Shown: positions 36,815 through 40,262 of the stretch, piece by piece
Position numbering within the stretch: position 1 is the stretch's first letter
Layout of the letters: the number at the start of each line of letters is the position of its first letter
Origin: a bacterium
Lineage (GTDB): Bacteria > Zhuqueibacterota > Zhuqueibacteria > Oceanimicrobiales > Oceanimicrobiaceae
Assembly (NCBI GenBank): GCA_037446635.1
Contig: JBBIIG010000038.1
Coordinates: 1 to 40,262 of the forward strand
Reading direction: 5' to 3'
DNA length: 40,262 nucleotides
Translations under genes and position numbers: made by a program
Notes under the pieces: model-generated
Told to the model about the DNA's origin: nothing
The model's input: only the letters and a program-made list of their open reading frames with translations
Database searches by the model: none

Positions 36815-37247
36815 GAAATCCCCAGCGGAAGCAATAAATACAGGAATTGCATTTCCTTTGTTTGCCGACGAACGGTTGAGGGATGCAATCCCCATTTCAT
36901 TGTTGCGCGCGGGATTACCTGATGAGCGCGGCATGAAGCGGCAAATCTCACGCGCAAGCACGCCGCGCTGTCGCTCCCGCATGCTTTTAGCGGGAGCCTA
37001 CGGGAACCACCAAATGGATGCCCGATAAAAGCATTCGGGCATGACAAAAATAAAGAACCCGCTCGCTGGGGATTTCAGCCCGCGTGCCCGGCCCGCCAAC
37101 CCCGAAGCGGCGGGCCAGCGGAAGTGATGAATCCGGAATTGCACTCCTTTGTTTGCCGACGAACTGTTACGGGATGCAATCCCCATTTCATTGTTGCGCG
37201 CGGGATTACTTGATGAGCGCGGCATGGAGCGACAAATTCCGCGCGAG
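36815..37247. repeat. Composite repeat C copies 2 and 3 flanking a REP-like doublet (36970-37046)
   Basis: Direct repeat of ~125 bp (CCAGCGGAAG...GGAATTGCA..CCTTTGTTTGCCGACGAAC...GGGATGCAATCCCCATTTCATTGTTGCGCGCGGGATTAC.TGATGAGCGCGGCA). Confidence 0.85.
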
Positions 37248-37254
37248 TAGATTT

Positions 37255-37476
37255 TCACGGCCCCATAAGCTCGACTGGCAACGGATTGCCGCGCAACTCG
37301 CGAAGACCCTCCCCGATTGGTTTGCCGTTGCGATAGATTTCGACTTGGAGAACACGATCATTGGAATCTATTGCAACCCTTGAAACTCCAATGAGTCCAA
37401 AATTCTGGAGACAAAGCACAAACAGCAAAACCGCAATTAGTGTCAGTAATACCTTTGTGTAGGTATCCGTTTTCAT
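37255..37476 (-). CDS. Small membrane-anchored hypothetical protein
   Basis: MKTDTYTKVLLTLIAVLLFVLCL; GGAGG RBS. Confidence 0.7.
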   Translation of the reverse strand: MKTDTYTKVLLTLIAVLLFVLCLQNFGLIGVSRVAIDSNDRVLQVEIYRNGKPIGEGLRELRGNPLPVELMGP

Positions 37477-37586
37477 CCCGAACCTCCGGTATTTGACCGT
37501 TTGTAATTTAAGGAATACATATCCAGATTTGTTCATTGTGCGTGGGACGACTAATGAGTGCGACTCGCGACAAATTTGCCACAAGA

Positions 37587-37892
37587 TTATTTTTTATCCG
37601 TCTCGTAAAGCAAAATGCTATGACTATCAACCCACTTTTTCCTGTTATGATAAAGAACAAGATCAATGTCAATTTCGAGTAAATCAATAAGTTCAGATTT
37701 GAATTTGTCAGCGTTAAAAAACCAAGCATTACAGGTACCATATGAATCTATTTTTATGTCGAAAGCGAGGTCAATATCCGCGGTCTGTTTATTTGGATTT
37801 TTCGTCCTGCTACCAAATAGCCATACTCGATTTATAAAATTTTTGTTTTTAGCCCATTCAGATACGATGAAAGCGATTTCTTCGTTGGTCAT
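37587..37892 (-). CDS. Minimal nucleotidyltransferase (MNT/Pol-beta-like)
   Basis: VWLFGSR......ADIDLA...IDLV. Confidence 0.88.
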   Translation of the reverse strand: MTNEEIAFIVSEWAKNKNFINRVWLFGSRTKNPNKQTADIDLAFDIKIDSYGTCNAWFFNADKFKSELIDLLEIDIDLVLYHNRKKWVDSHSILLYETDKK

Positions 37893-37988
37893 AATTATTT
37901 TACTCTTTTTTATTTGCGGCTACCGAGAATTTTCAGGAAATCTCGTTTAACAGCTCCGAAATCCTACAGCAAAAATTTAAGTTCTGTA

Positions 37989-38888
37989 TTAGCTATTCTT
38001 GTCTTTTGCAAATAACTGGCTTCGCAACTGAGAGACTTTAAGAGATAGATCGCTTATATTTGCCTCTTTTGCAGCACCATCCAAGTCAGGGAAGAGCTTT
38101 GAAAAAGAAATATTCATCAATTTCAAGTCTGAGAGCGCGGTTGCCGCGCAATCATAGGGCAGTTCATAGCATTCCAAATAGTGTGCAAGTCCTCTGCTTT
38201 CTAAATAAGATTGCAGGTCCAGATGATCCTCCGAAGTCAATTTAGTGAATAACGCTGCTTGAGCCCACAACCGTGAACCAAAATACCTTGGCAAAGTTAC
38301 GATTTTAAATACATTTTCTTGTTCGAGATTTGGCCAACGCCTCAGACCCCAGACATTTACTTTGCCTTTAGTTGGGAGTGGTTCGGGAATGACCTTAAAT
38401 TCCAATGACTTTTGGAGGTCAATAAAGGCAAAAAACGCAGCAATGTATGGACTCTCTGTCCAATCCAAAAAGGGCGTATATAACCCGAAATGCCTTCCAA
38501 GTGCCCACAATTCATCTTCGCTTTTATTTAAATCGATACCTTCGATACCTGCTGCGAGAAGCTTAAATTTACTCAAAATATCTTTAGCTACCTTATCATA
38601 CCTGTTTTTAGTATTTCTTATGAAGTCTGGACCAACAGGTTTACCGTATTGATCCGTCAACTCATTTGGAGGATGGAAACGCCGTTCAAGTATTGAAGAC
38701 AACTTAAATTCTGGTTTTGAATGTCCTCGAAAGATCACATCGCTTCCAGCATCATTATTATTTTCATCGACCTTGAGCAACTTGATCTTTGTGACTTTTT
38801 CGGTGAAGTCCTTCCAGTCAGCGCAAGGAATATATCGTACTTCATTCGATGGGTATTTAATGTCATCTATAAAAACTGAAGAGGACAT
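37989..38888 (-). CDS. FRG domain protein
   Basis: IFRGHS...L.S.LER; RHFGLYTPFLDWTESPYIAAFFA; RLWAQAALF; LFPDLDG. Confidence 0.9.
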   Translation of the reverse strand: MSSSVFIDDIKYPSNEVRYIPCADWKDFTEKVTKIKLLKVDENNNDAGSDVIFRGHSKPEFKLSSILERRFHPPNELTDQYGKPVGPDFIRNTKNRYDKVAKDILSKFKLLAAGIEGIDLNKSEDELWALGRHFGLYTPFLDWTESPYIAAFFAFIDLQKSLEFKVIPEPLPTKGKVNVWGLRRWPNLEQENVFKIVTLPRYFGSRLWAQAALFTKLTSEDHLDLQSYLESRGLAHYLECYELPYDCAATALSDLKLMNISFSKLFPDLDGAAKEANISDLSLKVSQLRSQLFAKDKNS

Positions 38889-39125
38889 CCTGTAGGCTCC
38901 AGTATTATTACAGAATTCAGCTGTCAACAATAACCAACTGTAGCTTCCGCTCTCATTTGCAATATATCCTTACATATCTTCACGCAGACATTTTTGCAAA
39001 AAGTCTTTGATTGCAAACCAAAACGTGCCACGCACCTCTCAGCGCGTGGCACGTCCAACAATCACATCACTTAAACCTACGCCACCTTCTCCGCTTTCGC
39101 CACCTTCTCCACCGTTGCGGCTTCG

Positions 39126-39206
39126 GCCTGCCCGCCAGAGGCCTCAGGCAGGCGGGCTTTGCCATTGGCCGGGCGCGCCTGCCCGCCAGAGGCCTAAGGC
39201 AGGCGG
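39126..39206. repeat. Two 30-bp palindromic insertions in the PFOR tail
   Basis: GCCTGCCCGCCAGAGGCCT(C/A)AGGCAGGCGG at 39126-39155 and 39177-39206. Confidence 0.9.
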
Positions 39207-40262
39207 GCGGCCATGTACTCGTAGAACTTCCAGCGCGTGTCCACGTCGTGCTGCGCTTCTTTGAGCAGGCGCTTGGCTTCTTCGGGATTGCTCTTCTTCA
39301 GCATCTTGAAACGGTTTTCAAGATACATAAACTCTTCCACCGGAATCTTCGGACGCCGCGAGTCGAGCTGCAGCGGATTCTCGCCGGTCAGCGCGCGGTC
39401 AGGGTGATAGCGATAGAGCAGCCACTGGCCGGACTCCACCGCCGCTTTTTGGTTCTGCATGGCGGTGGCCATGTTGGCGATGCCGTGCGCAATGCAGTGG
39501 CTATAGGCAATAATCAGCGACGGGCCGGGATAGGCCTCGGCTTCGAGGAACGACTTGAGGGTGTGCTCGTCTTTCGCGCCCATGGCCACCTTTGCCACGT
39601 ACACGTTGCCGTAGGTCATGGCGATGAGGCCGAGATCCTTTTTGGGCGCGGGCTTGCCGCCGGCGGAGAATTTCGCCACCGCGCCGCGCGGCGTGGCCTT
39701 CGAAGTCTGGCCGCCGGTGTTGGAATAGACCTCGGTGTCCAGCACGAGAATGTTGACGTCGCGGCCGCTGGCCATCACATGGTCGAGGCCGCCAAAGCCG
39801 ATGTCGTAGGCCCAGCCATCGCCGCCGATAATCCACACGCTCTTCTTCACCAGCATGTCCGCGAGACTTTGCAGCAGCGCGATTTGCTGCTGTTTGGTTT
39901 CGTCTTTGGTTTTTAGCGCCGCCAATTTTTTCTTCAGCGCCGCCACCCGTTCGCGCTGCTCGTAAATATCGGCTTCGTCCTTTTGTTCGGCGGTGAGGAT
40001 GGCCGTGGCCAGCTCGTCGCCGATGTCCGACGCCAGCGCTTTCACCAACTCGGAGGCGTGCTCCTTCTGCTTATCAATGGAGAGACGGAAGCCGAGACCG
40101 AACTCCGCGTTGTCTTCGAACAGCGAGTTCGACCACGCGGGGCCGCGGCCCTCGGCGTTTTTCGTCCACGGAGTCGTGGGCAAATTACCGCCGTAAATGG
40201 ACGAGCAGCCGGTGGCGTTGGCGACGATGGTGCGGTCGCCAAAAAGCTGCGTCACCAATTTC
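39194..40262 (-). CDS. nifJ: Pyruvate:ferredoxin (flavodoxin) oxidoreductase, C-terminal TPP-binding part (5' end beyond window)
   Basis: ANATGCSSIYGG, WSNSLFEDNAEFG, GGDGWAYDIG, DTEVYSNTGGQ. Confidence 0.97.
   Translation of the reverse strand, partial: KLVTQLFGDRTIVANATGCSSIYGGNLPTTPWTKNAEGRGPAWSNSLFEDNAEFGLGFRLSIDKQKEHASELVKALASDIGDELATAILTAEQKDEADIYEQRERVAALKKKLAALKTKDETKQQQIALLQSLADMLVKKSVWIIGGDGWAYDIGFGGLDHVMASGRDVNILVLDTEVYSNTGGQTSKATPRGAVAKFSAGGKPAPKKDLGLIAMTYGNVYVAKVAMGAKDEHTLKSFLEAEAYPGPSLIIAYSHCIAHGIANMATAMQNQKAAVESGQWLLYRYHPDRALTGENPLQLDSRRPKIPVEEFMYLENRFKMLKKSNPEEAKRLLKEAQHDVDTRWKFYEYMAARLP

Noticed and set aside
36905..36955. Hammerhead ribozyme (CTGATGA core)
   Set aside because: No GAAA and stem III after a stem II; the other copies read TTGATGA
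32634..39000. Integron cassette array
   Set aside because: No intI, no convincing RYYYAAC...GTTRRRY attC sites seen, and cassettes alternate strand
39011..39916. 301-aa + strand ORF
   Set aside because: Antisense shadow of PFOR

Overview
Bacterial chromosomal window. Type IX secretion (T9SS)-type C-terminal sorting domains and a PorP/SprF gene suggest an FCB-group lineage such as KSB1, Calditrichota or Ignavibacteria; this placement is inferred. Left to right: (1) a secreted Cys/His papain-fold-like protein that runs off the left edge, preceded by two tandem paralogous beta-propeller lipoproteins. Each of the three genes has the same ~80-bp upstream unit (strong SD, mini-ORF, hairpin), and one copy also looks like an antisense sRNA. 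(2) gltA and mdh. (3) A cluster of secreted proteins including a ~1337-aa T9SS cargo, with a divergent sigma-70-family factor. (4) cca, a four-helix-bundle gene enclosed by inverted heptamer arrays, a UbiB kinase and mgsA. (5) A ~12-kb operon behind a sigma54-like promoter: TPR lipoprotein, FG-GAP adhesin with type-B CTD, extended PorP/SprF, ExbB, ExbD, ExbD, a TonB-like protein, a second TPR lipoprotein and an unknown protein. (6) A ~6-kb island of alternating-strand two-gene toxin-antitoxin-type cassettes (HigBA, BrnTA, HicBA, DUF5678-like/aspartic protease, MazEF), plus a minimal nucleotidyltransferase (MNT) and an FRG gene, separated by mosaics of palindromic repeats. (7) The 3' part of PFOR, whose tail carries two in-frame 30-bp palindromic insertions. 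All calls are by eye from motifs; no searches were run.
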